Assembly: GCA_964423025.1 (NCBI GenBank) | Contig: CAYRDH010000007.1 | Span: 1 to 24,000 of the forward strand | From: an uncultured Candidatus Saccharibacteria bacterium | GTDB taxonomy: Bacteria; Patescibacteriota; Dojkabacteria; SC72 | Reading direction: 5' to 3' | DNA length: 24,000 nucleotides | Part shown: positions 16,101-24,000 of the stretch, piece after piece | Layout of the letters: every line of letters starts with the position of its first letter | Position numbering within the stretch: position 1 is the stretch's first letter | Notes under the pieces: model-generated | Told to the model about the DNA's origin: nothing | What the model saw: the letters and a program-made list of their open reading frames with translations, nothing else | Databases searched by the model: none | Position numbers and translations under genes: made by a program

Positions 16101-18342
16101 ATTGCCACAATAGTACAAGGTTATTACCGTTTGGTTTTGCAGTTTTGTTAATTGTGCTTCCGTTAAGTAAGTCTTGATTGTCATATTGAAACTTTGCAGT
16201 TAATCCTGTTGGAGTAGATGGTAGATCACTACTTAAGTATGTCAAATTGGCATCTTTGTACCATGGTTCGTAATCGACATTAGAACTTACTGAGTTCACT
16301 TTCCCGTTGGGATTTGTGTCCTCATTGTATGGTCCACTTAGATCTCCCCACCAATTATATCTAGCATCTAGTTGCGTCTCAGACAAATTTACAACATCTC
16401 CATTTAAAGATAGGTTATTTGCTTTCAAATCTCCACTAGCACCAGATCTAACTACAATTGCACTGTGGTAAGTATCCGAATCTGCGGTATGACCATTTTT
16501 GTCTACTGAATATTTCCCTCCATCTAAAATCATATCTTGGCCACTACCAGCGCTAGAACTTGCAAATCGTACAGCATAGGTGTCATTATCATTCCCTTGA
16601 GCAATAACAGAAATATCTGTGTTTTTTGCAACTAAATTCTTCCCACCCTGAAAATTAATACCACTTTTACAATTTGAAATGGTAGTGTCAACTACATCTA
16701 ATTGTGCATATTTCCCCTGAATTGCAGTATAATAACAATTTTTAAAGTTACTGTTTTGTACTGTTACTGTAGCATCTAAATCATCACTCATAATCCCTCT
16801 TACACTACCACTTACAAATAAGCCAGACCCATTAAAATTAGAGTTCTCTACATATAATTTATCTACATTGTCTATATGTATACTGTCTACTGGATCGTTT
16901 GTTGGGACTCTAAACTCCAAATGATTAACATTAACTGTTCCTGCTGTGTCAACTGTAAAACCACCATGAATAACAGGTGGTTTTTCTTGAACACCTATTA
17001 AAGTTAGAGGTTTATCTATCTCTACATTTTCGTTATAAGTTCCGTAGTAAATATCTAAGATGTCATCATTGCTAGCAGAGTCTACAGCAGCTTGGATTGT
17101 GCCAAAAATAGTTGGTATTATTCTTCTAGTTTGACTTCTAACAATGATTGAACCATCAAATTCGTTTTGTGAAAGTATTGTCTTTAGTATCCTTTCATCA
17201 TTAAGAGGCTCGATAGTTATTTGCTTTTGATTATTTTGAAAAATGTTCTTTTCAATTCTGTTCTTTTCACTATTGATTAAATACATACCTAATCCATTAT
17301 TAAGAAATCGGTTATTAATAAACAAACACTCTGATGACTTTTCAACTAAAATACCACCCTTTTCTGAATTACTTTCAACAATGGTTAAGCCGTTTATTTC
17401 TACATTATTTGTTTCCCCAATATGAATAGTTGGTTCACTTGTCTTTTTCCCAATAATTACGGCTTCTTTTGTTTGAGGGTCATCTAAAAGAGCTAGAAGT
17501 CTTACCGGATGATTAATGTTTAGGTTTTCACTTTTATAAACTCCATCTTTAACACATATTGTTAATCTTTCGCCACTGTCCTTACTTTTATCTATTGCCT
17601 CTTGTATAGATTCTATATCAGTAGGAACAGTAATATCACATGAGACTGCTGTCTCAACTTGAACAGGAGCAGGAGAAGGTTTAACAGGAAGGATAGAGCT
17701 CACTATATAAATACTAAAATGCTCCAACCCTTTTATTTCTATTACATCTTCATTAACTATTAATTTATTATCTATACTATTATATATTTCTCCATCCTCT
17801 GTGTATTTAACCTCTACACCATCTCCTAACGTATTAGGAAGAGTAAGATCATATGTAAATGATCCATTACTCATAGTAGAAGTTATATCCCAACCATAAT
17901 CATCTGAGGTATTTAATTTTTCTTTTTCTTCTTCTGTTAGTTCAACCTTACTAATAACTAAATTCCCCTCTTCAGTAATACTAGTAAACCTAACTCTAAC
18001 ATTTTCATCATCTGGGTATACATATTCTTCTAATTCAACATTACTTACTGTATACACCCCACCCTCATATGTAGACTTAGGAATATCCCCTTCTAATATC
18101 TCAGGATTTGCTATTTCCTCTGGATCAGAGATTCCTTCTTCCAGAATGTCCTCACTGATGTCCATTACCATAGGACCATCATAAGAATAGTCATCAATCA
18201 CGGTCCCTAGAGCTTGTGTGGAGGGTAGGAAAGTATATAAAGTAACAAACAAGGTAACAAATACCTTATTAAAAGGAAAACGTTTGAGAAATTTTCTCAT
18301 TAAAAAATAATTAATAAATTTATTCTTTTTAATGAGAACCAA
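13162..18342 (-). CDS. giant cell-surface protein: parallel beta-helix (NosD/pectate-lyase-like), multiple Ig/FN3-like domains, C-terminal TM anchor
   Basis: 1726 aa (TTG start 18342, alternative ATG 18300); IQEAIDKSKDSGERLTICVKDGVYKSENLNI and TIQAAVDSASNDDILDIYYGTYNENVEIDKPLTLIG beta-helix signatures, repeated DNTPPTI.W..P-type Ig-like repeats, C-terminal WWIYPLVILPILAIFLILWKRRKEDNEPQF. Confidence 0.9.
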   Translation of the reverse strand: MVLIKKNKFINYFLMRKFLKRFPFNKVFVTLFVTLYTFLPSTQALGTVIDDYSYDGPMVMDISEDILEEGISDPEEIANPEILEGDIPKSTYEGGVYTVSNVELEEYVYPDDENVRVRFTSITEEGNLVISKVELTEEEKEKLNTSDDYGWDITSTMSNGSFTYDLTLPNTLGDGVEVKYTEDGEIYNSIDNKLIVNEDVIEIKGLEHFSIYIVSSILPVKPSPAPVQVETAVSCDITVPTDIESIQEAIDKSKDSGERLTICVKDGVYKSENLNINHPVRLLALLDDPQTKEAVIIGKKTSEPTIHIGETNNVEINGLTIVESNSEKGGILVEKSSECLFINNRFLNNGLGMYLINSEKNRIEKNIFQNNQKQITIEPLNDERILKTILSQNEFDGSIIVRSQTRRIIPTIFGTIQAAVDSASNDDILDIYYGTYNENVEIDKPLTLIGVQEKPPVIHGGFTVDTAGTVNVNHLEFRVPTNDPVDSIHIDNVDKLYVENSNFNGSGLFVSGSVRGIMSDDLDATVTVQNSNFKNCYYTAIQGKYAQLDVVDTTISNCKSGINFQGGKNLVAKNTDISVIAQGNDNDTYAVRFASSSAGSGQDMILDGGKYSVDKNGHTADSDTYHSAIVVRSGASGDLKANNLSLNGDVVNLSETQLDARYNWWGDLSGPYNEDTNPNGKVNSVSSNVDYEPWYKDANLTYLSSDLPSTPTGLTAKFQYDNQDLLNGSTINKTAKPNGNNLVLLWQSNPIDLVTGYRILGTFPDGTTKLSYQGPNTNAWLKTYNGFGAHGNGRYSYQVIAVNKNGVSAPSAPFVIYYDTHGPTAKLISAPANNSYVNGDFDVKGIADDNVALRSVFFDVRTQDGGTWKSGCKSGTTALTYSNENKHADILCTIDTGNLVNGTKYMLRIHAGDNAGYGNVNPEAIRYFTMDTVEPTVSFEGLRHYDYRYPSVPVDTLNINTSDNTPIVLISASDLLSGMNSVTVNEQTAEYDGGTYWIVELPALEDGINTLKIVGTDKAGNTKTVSQDIFIDTNPPTAIYTHYNNEITIDETANPITYVKGINQLSFTAQYADTIPSSGLYQDSFVIFQAQDDGSFRFSANDKQAYCSWRKSPNLIEGLTGNTYDLTEKISFTKCIESLPDGEYYMAHQVYDNTTRWNIPIINQYRDVLGLHFVVDKTKPTVKITNVNITDKKLSFTVSGTDNLSGARTVATNIYNESNTGSAVIEIGRLAHDITPETLNVSHNATDIDISELESGTYTIRASIRDYSENIKYATYQIDVDNTPPTINWNTPQDLDLLSGNISLDVTCDGTLGDCDYINFWWWSDEQTIQDAEANKQNHKIDTNGTSFDWTLDSLNPRLSDESTGSELNGVYTLRAAGKDLAGNYHHEEIEVTVDNTLPVIASHSDMTLTEGESFPTDTVTLTDSYGELDQVCITIKDASGTLGTSTEYCVSIDASNLSINNEFSLADEVRKAIENWQGSSFTTINLSVLPEGVYQISYYATDKAENESDVQTFIVTIQNNTPTITINPTDTEVTAGDDPIVLSTTVTNGNPTFTYLWSGDCTGTDAQTIFDPTTEGSYTCTVTVTDADGDTSTDSVDITVGAVAGATTENRSIDGISDGTDSTTPSSKQPPTGTYNSPLGTGGYLYSQTDLLDTEEQQTPEEETITEDTTAVKGEEDNNEQPTNQEETTEGEQTKWWIYPLVILPILAIFLILWKRRKEDNEPQF

Positions 18343-18380
18343 CTAGGGGCATAGTAGTCCCCATTATTTATGCATATTAA

Positions 18381-18409
18381 AATATAGACCTTTTAAGAAA
18401 GGGTGTCAA
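18381..18409 (-). promoter_or_regulatory. sigma70-like promoter for the 13162..18342 gene
   Basis: Minus strand TTGACA (18409-18404), 17-nt spacer, TATATT (18386-18381). Confidence 0.75.
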
Positions 18410-20622
18410 TTTTTAAGTGACACTTCTGTTACACTATCATCCTTCTTAGTAATAACAAAAACCCTATGCAATGCCCTAGTAATACCCACATACAACAACC
18501 TAATACTCAACTCATCCTCATCATAATAATTACTATTTAAATCTGCAAAAATAACACTATCAAACTCCAAACCCTTAGCATTCTCAATAGGAAGAACCTG
18601 CAAACCACCCTTATAATCAAACTCCTTATAACTAACCACCTGCCTCTCTATAACACCCTCATACTCCTTAAAAATAGAATAAAGATTATCTGCATGCTCC
18701 CTATTCCTACAAAGAAGAGCACAAGTAACTGCCCCCTTCTTAAACTGATCCTTTATTAAAGATACCAACTCTTTTATTTTATCCTTACTTAGATCTTTAA
18801 TGTCTTTATCATATTCCAATATCCCAACCTCATCACCATGCCTTAAAACTGCTTCTGGGAGCTTGTAAGACTTAGGAAATCTACCTTCAAATATCTTGTT
18901 TGCAAAATCTACAATCTCTATCGTTGTCCTATAACACCTCTGAAGTTGGTAATATTCTGTATCCTTATTCGTAATACCTTTAACAAGATTAATAACATCT
19001 TCCCAATCCCTAATGTAAAAAGGAGCAATTATGGACTGTGCTAAGTCCCCAGCTATCGTTATATTCCCACCCTTAGCTACCATAATTAAAGTAGCTAATT
19101 CTACAAAACTCATATCCTGAGCCTCATCTAGCATTACATAATCTTTCTCGTAAGACTTAGTTCCATTTATCTTAAGATGAAGATAAACCATAGGAGCCAA
19201 ATCCTCCATTCTGTAATTCCTAATACCCCCACTCTGTGTAAGCCCCTCAAGAGAGTACTTGGAAACCTCTTTATTAACCAAATCTGTTCTAAAGAGACCC
19301 TTGTAGAGAGAATAAATATTACACTTCCTTCTAAAGTAAGAAGAAATATCTCTTTTAAGATTCATATCTATGTCATTTGTGGCATCATAGAAACCTGTTC
19401 TTCCTTGTTTAAATTGCTTCTTAGCAAAAGCATAGTCCATAGCAAGGTCTAAACGCTCGATCATGTCTATATTAGGAAATTCCTTCTTAAGTTCGTAATA
19501 CCTCTTCTCAATAATATCTTTTCTAGAGTAGGGGATGTTTTCTAAAAGTTCCTCTTCAAATTTCTCAAAATATCTTTCAAGGACATTTAAGAATTCTAAA
19601 GAACCCTTGTAGGCCTTAATATCTAAGTTAGGTTTCTTATTAGATATGGTGAACCTATTATCCCAACCTAACACAGACTTACCCCAGAACAGATAAGTTT
19701 CGGTATCTACCTTACTAACACCAAGATTAGGAAGAACATCTGATACATAGTCTATAAACATCTGGTTAGGAGCAATGATTAAACTATTATTGGAGCTGAT
19801 CTGCTCTTTATGTGCGTAGAATATGTATGCCAATCTGTGTAGAAGTATTGTTGTTTTACCACTACCTGCTACACCCTGTATTAGAATTGGCTTGTTTAGA
19901 CCATCTCGGATAATTGAATTCTGTTGTGCCTGAATAGTAGATACAATGTCTTGGAGCTTCTTACCTAACCTCTCATTTAGTTGTGAAAGGAGGAATTCAT
20001 CTGCTGCAACATTTCCTGACTTAGCGTCATATATCCCGCTTATTCGACCTCTAGATATCTGAAACTGTCTTTTCTGTATTAAATCTCCTCTCCTTTCCCC
20101 ATTAGGTGCTTGAAAAGCAACATCATCTTTAGGACCACTATTTTGGTAGTAAAGATTAGCAACCGGAGATCTCCAGTCAGTTATTAAGGGGATATGTGTC
20201 TGTTCATCTATTAAGGCAAATTTTCCTATGTAAAGGGAAAGAGGTTTCTCTGCTCTAGAATCATATGGCTTAAACTGAATCTTACCGAAGTAGGGGGAAT
20301 CTAGTGCAATAATCTCGTTATTAGTCCTGTCAACAATCTCTCTAATCTTGTTTAGTATCTGGTTATATATCTTCTTAGCAGCAGCCTTTTCATCTAGGTC
20401 ACTCTCTGTGTCTATGAGGTATATTTGGTGTTCTAATTCTTCCTGTAATTGTTCTAATCTCTGTATGAGGTTCTTAATGGAATCTCTTTTAATATGAATA
20501 ACTTTTTTAAGATTTGGGTATTCTTCCTCTTCTAGCGTAGAGAGGTTTGTTAAATCACTAAAATCCGCAACTTTGTCTACATCCCTATACAGAGGGTGTA
20601 AGTACTGTTTAAACGTTTGCAT
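18406..20622 (-). CDS. helD: UvrD/Rep superfamily 1 helicase, HelD-like (RNA polymerase recycling)
   Basis: N-terminal coiled-coil, YIGKFALIDEQTHIPLITDWRSPVANLYYQ signature typical of HelD, Walker A GVAGSGKTT, DEAQDMS, C-terminal UvrD motifs (GLEFDSVIFAD, LLYVGITRAL). Confidence 0.82.
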   Translation of the reverse strand: MQTFKQYLHPLYRDVDKVADFSDLTNLSTLEEEEYPNLKKVIHIKRDSIKNLIQRLEQLQEELEHQIYLIDTESDLDEKAAAKKIYNQILNKIREIVDRTNNEIIALDSPYFGKIQFKPYDSRAEKPLSLYIGKFALIDEQTHIPLITDWRSPVANLYYQNSGPKDDVAFQAPNGERRGDLIQKRQFQISRGRISGIYDAKSGNVAADEFLLSQLNERLGKKLQDIVSTIQAQQNSIIRDGLNKPILIQGVAGSGKTTILLHRLAYIFYAHKEQISSNNSLIIAPNQMFIDYVSDVLPNLGVSKVDTETYLFWGKSVLGWDNRFTISNKKPNLDIKAYKGSLEFLNVLERYFEKFEEELLENIPYSRKDIIEKRYYELKKEFPNIDMIERLDLAMDYAFAKKQFKQGRTGFYDATNDIDMNLKRDISSYFRRKCNIYSLYKGLFRTDLVNKEVSKYSLEGLTQSGGIRNYRMEDLAPMVYLHLKINGTKSYEKDYVMLDEAQDMSFVELATLIMVAKGGNITIAGDLAQSIIAPFYIRDWEDVINLVKGITNKDTEYYQLQRCYRTTIEIVDFANKIFEGRFPKSYKLPEAVLRHGDEVGILEYDKDIKDLSKDKIKELVSLIKDQFKKGAVTCALLCRNREHADNLYSIFKEYEGVIERQVVSYKEFDYKGGLQVLPIENAKGLEFDSVIFADLNSNYYDEDELSIRLLYVGITRALHRVFVITKKDDSVTEVSLKN

Positions 20623-20734
20623 GATTGGTTTTTAGGCATGAAGTTACCAAGGGAGAGTATATATTAAAAAGGTAAAAAGTTCAAATAAAATAGAGGCTTT
20701 AAGCAAAACTTTTAAAGTGGTATATTAAACTACC

Positions 20735-21292
20735 ATGAATAACCAATTAAAGTTGCTACTCTACATTGTTTTTATAGCAGGTGCTATTTTCTATTTCCAA
20801 GACAGTTTTGGGTTCCTAGATGTCTCTTTAATAGAGGACAAAGAAGCTACTCAAGAGGAGGGAGAAGATGAAGAAGAGGCTGTAGTTAAAGAAGTTCAAG
20901 AGGATCAGTACGTGGAGATATCTATTGGTGAGGGTGAAGAGATTAAGGTTAATGTAGAAGTTGCAGATACCGAGGCTCTTAGAATTCTTGGGTTATCTAA
21001 CAGAAGATACCTAGGAGATTATGATGGAATGCTTTTTGTGTATGACCAGAATGTAAATAATCCCTTCTGGATGAAAGATACTTTTATTAATCTAGATATC
21101 ATCTTTATAGACGAAAAAGGATTTATTGTAGATATTAAAGAAGATAACGAGCCCTGTTCAGATTCATATTGTCCCCAGATTCTTTCTGACCAGGAGTTCA
21201 GATACGTTTTGGAAGTAAATGGTGGATTTGCTAGGACAAATGGAGTGAAAGAAGGGCAGAATGTGACCATGAACTTGGTATCAAAGGAGTAA
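20735..21292 (+). CDS. DUF192 family protein with N-terminal membrane anchor
   Basis: ALRILGLSNRRYLGDYDGMLFVYD...FWMKDTFINLDIIFIDEKGFI...YVLEVNGGFARTNGVKEGQ matches the DUF192 pattern. Confidence 0.88.
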   Translation: MNNQLKLLLYIVFIAGAIFYFQDSFGFLDVSLIEDKEATQEEGEDEEEAVVKEVQEDQYVEISIGEGEEIKVNVEVADTEALRILGLSNRRYLGDYDGMLFVYDQNVNNPFWMKDTFINLDIIFIDEKGFIVDIKEDNEPCSDSYCPQILSDQEFRYVLEVNGGFARTNGVKEGQNVTMNLVSKE

Positions 21293-21334
21293 GGTGGTAT
21301 AGTTTCTAGTTAACTTAGTTTAGACCTTAACAAA

Positions 21335-21982
21335 ATGATAAATTCCTTAGTAGAGTGGTTAGTTCAAGCAATAGATTCTCTTGGTTATTTAGGAGTCTTA
21401 ATTGCAGTATTTCTTGAAAGCTTTGTAGCAGTTATTCCAAGTCAGATAATATTACCTTTCTCTGGCTTTGTTGCCTCCCAAGGGTCTTTGAATATTGTTT
21501 TGGTTATCATAACTGTAGCTATTGGGGCATATTTAGGGAGTCTTCCTTTCTATTTTGTTGGAAGATGGGGAGATGATTTTGTACAGAAATTCTTAAAAAA
21601 GTATGGTAAGTACATATTTATCTCTAACGAGGATTTGGATAAGGGATACAAAGCCTTTGAAAAATATGGAGGAGGAATAGTATTTTTTGGCAGACTCCTA
21701 CCTCTAATTAGAACTGTAATATCTTTTCCCGCAGGTGCTGCTAGAATGAAGTTCTCTATATTCTCTCTGTATACAATTGTAGGTAGTTTAATATTTGCCA
21801 CCATCTCCTGTTTAGCGGGTTATTACATGGGTGAGAGCTGGCCAGTAGTTGCTGCCTATATTGAACAGTATGAGAACATAGTCCTTGCTTTGCTATCTAT
21901 AGCACTTCTTATCTATATATGGAGAGGTATGAGAGAGTTTGTTAAGAAGTCTAAAGAAAAAGATATTAAGAAGGAAGCCTAG
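21335..21982 (+). CDS. DedA family membrane protein
   Basis: FLESFVAVIPSQIILPFSGFVA, GAYLGSLPFYFVGRWGDDFVQKF, GRLLPLIRTVISFPAGAARM. Confidence 0.93.
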   Translation: MINSLVEWLVQAIDSLGYLGVLIAVFLESFVAVIPSQIILPFSGFVASQGSLNIVLVIITVAIGAYLGSLPFYFVGRWGDDFVQKFLKKYGKYIFISNEDLDKGYKAFEKYGGGIVFFGRLLPLIRTVISFPAGAARMKFSIFSLYTIVGSLIFATISCLAGYYMGESWPVVAAYIEQYENIVLALLSIALLIYIWRGMREFVKKSKEKDIKKEA

Positions 21983-23535
21983 TACATTTTTATTAAAGAT
22001 TTCCCATTCATTTCAGAGGGTTTCCCTATTCCCATCAATTGCAGAACAGTTGGTGCGATGTCACATAGTGCTCCGTAAGGGAGAACTCTTGGGGCGACAT
22101 CTGTTCCAGAAAGAATAAAAGGAACAGGATTTATTGAGTGTTCTGTGTTTATAGAGTTGTCCTCCTCGTTAAGCATCTCTTCCGCATTCCCATGGTCAGC
22201 TGTAATAATTGCTGCACCCCCTAGGGATGTAAAATGGTTTACTAGTTCTTTTGTACAGTAATCAATTGTTTTAACTGCCTTCTTAGCCGCCTCAATATCT
22301 CCTGTGTGTGCAACCATGTCCGCGTTAGCGAAGTTTAAAAGAATAAAGTCATAGGGCATACCCTTTAATCTGTTTTTTAACAACTCTGTCATTTCTAAGG
22401 CACTCATCTCTGGTTTAAGATCGTATGTAGGAACTCTGGGAGATGGAACCACAACACGATCTTCTTTAGAATATGGTGAGGGCTGTCCACCATTAAAGAA
22501 GTACGTTACATGGGGGAACTTCTCTGTTTCAGCTATCCTTAATTGCCTTAATCCCATTGAATCTATAATTTTCCCAAGTGGAAGGTCAATATATTGTTTA
22601 GGAAATATTACATTTACAAGAAGGTCCTTTCTGTATTCTGTCATTGTTGCAACATAAAGGTTGCTTATTGGTTGTCTCACAAAACCTGCAAAGTTAGGGG
22701 ACATGAAGGCCTCTGTTATTTGCAGTGTTCTGTCTGGTCTGTAATTTACCATTATGACAACGTCGTTAGCTTCGACCTTCCCAGGATTAATAACAGCAGG
22801 CTCCATAAATTCATCTGTAATACCTCTTTCGTAGGAAGCAGTAATGGCCCTATGGTATGTGGGGAATTTCTCACCCATGTTTTTTTCAAAAAGATAGTAC
22901 GCTCTCTGTGTTCTATCCCATTTTCTATTTCTATCCATCGCGAAATATCTACCAACAATAGTAGCTATTTTCCCAACACCTCTTTCTAGACAAAATTTGT
23001 CTAATTCAACAAGATGATTAAGCGAAGCATTTGGTGCGGTATCTCTTCCATCCGTGATTGCATGAATAAATAACTCATTTTGGAAATTTAATCTAGCAAA
23101 GTAGTCCACTAGTGCTTTAAAGTGGTTAATATGTGAATGGACCGAACCATCACTTACCAAACCAATAAGGTGTACATTGCTATTATGCTTTTGTGCGTGT
23201 GCAAAAGCATTTTTTAATGTGTCATTTCTGTAAATAAGCTCATTCTCTATTGCCTTATTTATTCTTGGCAAATTCTGAAGAACAGTAGTCCCTGCACCTA
23301 GGTTTAGATGCCCAACCTCACTGTTTCCTTTAACATTTGGTGGTAATCCTACGGCTTTTCCAGATGCAAGAAGGTAAGTTCTTGGGGAGGTAGACCAGAG
23401 TTTGGCTAGATTCTCCGGTTGGCCTAAAACTACTGCGTTACCAGGGTTTTTGGGAGCTGCCCCCACGCCGTCTAATATTATTAATAGGACTTTTTGTTTT
23501 ACATTCATAGGCAGTTGTTGTATATATTGTGGCAT
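21979..23535 (-). CDS. gpmI: 2,3-bisphosphoglycerate-independent phosphoglycerate mutase (possible start at internal ATG, MNVKQKVLL)
   Basis: LLIILDGVG, GNSEVGHLNLGAG, HAITDGRDTAPNA, NYRPDRTLQI, ADMVAHTGD, ITADHGNAEEM. Confidence 0.96.
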   Translation of the reverse strand: MPQYIQQLPMNVKQKVLLIILDGVGAAPKNPGNAVVLGQPENLAKLWSTSPRTYLLASGKAVGLPPNVKGNSEVGHLNLGAGTTVLQNLPRINKAIENELIYRNDTLKNAFAHAQKHNSNVHLIGLVSDGSVHSHINHFKALVDYFARLNFQNELFIHAITDGRDTAPNASLNHLVELDKFCLERGVGKIATIVGRYFAMDRNRKWDRTQRAYYLFEKNMGEKFPTYHRAITASYERGITDEFMEPAVINPGKVEANDVVIMVNYRPDRTLQITEAFMSPNFAGFVRQPISNLYVATMTEYRKDLLVNVIFPKQYIDLPLGKIIDSMGLRQLRIAETEKFPHVTYFFNGGQPSPYSKEDRVVVPSPRVPTYDLKPEMSALEMTELLKNRLKGMPYDFILLNFANADMVAHTGDIEAAKKAVKTIDYCTKELVNHFTSLGGAAIITADHGNAEEMLNEEDNSINTEHSINPVPFILSGTDVAPRVLPYGALCDIAPTVLQLMGIGKPSEMNGKSLIKMY

Positions 23536-23595
23536 ATTTTTGAAATTTATTCTATAATCACAACTGCAAATCAGTAATATTTTAAGGTAATTATT

Positions 23596-24000
23596 ATGGA
23601 CACCAATGTAATTAAGAAGGTAGAAGAGAGTTTTTACAAGAAAAGACCCGACGTTAGAGTTGGAGATACTGTAAGACTACATCTAAAAATTAAAGAAGCC
23701 GGGAAAGAGAGAACACAGATTTTTGAAGGCGTTGTTATTGCAATCAAGGGTTCTGGTTTAAGCAGGAACTTGGTAGCAAGAAAAATTTCTTACGGAGTAG
23801 GAGTAGAAAAGATTGTTCCTTTCCATGCACCAGCTTTGGAAAAGATAGAGGTTGTTAAGAGAGGTTCTGTAAGGAGATCTAAGCTTTACTACCTAAGAGG
23901 AAGAGTCGGAAGAAGAGCTCTTAAGGCTGGAGAAACAACAAATATCTACTTAACTGACGAAGAGGAAGTAGGAGTAGACATACCAGTGACGGGAGATGCA
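23596..24000 (+). CDS. rplS: 50S ribosomal protein L19, runs off the window
   Basis: ATG at 23596; [92 protein letters not shown]. Absent from the ORF track because it is open at the edge. Confidence 0.96.
   Translation, partial: MDTNVIKKVEESFYKKRPDVRVGDTVRLHLKIKEAGKERTQIFEGVVIAIKGSGLSRNLVARKISYGVGVEKIVPFHAPALEKIEVVKRGSVRRSKLYYLRGRVGRRALKAGETTNIYLTDEEEVGVDIPVTGDA

Noticed and set aside
11566-17425. Small + strand ORFs opposite the two surface protein genes
   Set aside because: They are antisense to repetitive Thr/Ser/Asp-rich coding sequence and carry no recognisable motifs or convincing SD.

Overview
The window looks like a fragment of a small bacterial genome, possibly Candidate Phyla Radiation/Patescibacteria (inference from gene style only). 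It starts with the 3' part of a tRNA-Lys(UUU) and ends inside rplS (L19). Recognisable genes are a GH18-like hydrolase, M23 peptidase, DHH/NrnA-like phosphoesterase, gatA, a PAP2-like membrane protein, HelD/UvrD-like helicase, a secreted DUF192 protein, a DedA-like protein and gpmI. Two large C-terminally anchored surface proteins and several small membrane proteins complete the set. The strongest unusual signal is at 9657-10226 on the minus strand. Two direct copies (59 nt identical, 457 nt apart) match the full conserved core of a type III hammerhead ribozyme: AGUAAGUC|AUUUG-UUA-CAAAU-CUGAUGA-GCUUC-UGAAAU-GAAGC-GAA-ACUUACU. Each copy directly follows a long hairpin whose arms have changed in a compensatory way, and each is followed by an extended -10 promoter-like sequence, an SD and a small membrane ORF. 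Cleavage at both sites would release a 457-nt RNA carrying a 61-aa ORF. A third hairpin of the same family, without a ribozyme, lies at 9058-9114. Other observations are an unannotated 47-codon fragment (10925-11068, minus) resembling the N-terminal region of the 1726-aa surface protein, and a shared promoter/leader architecture for the two surface-protein genes.
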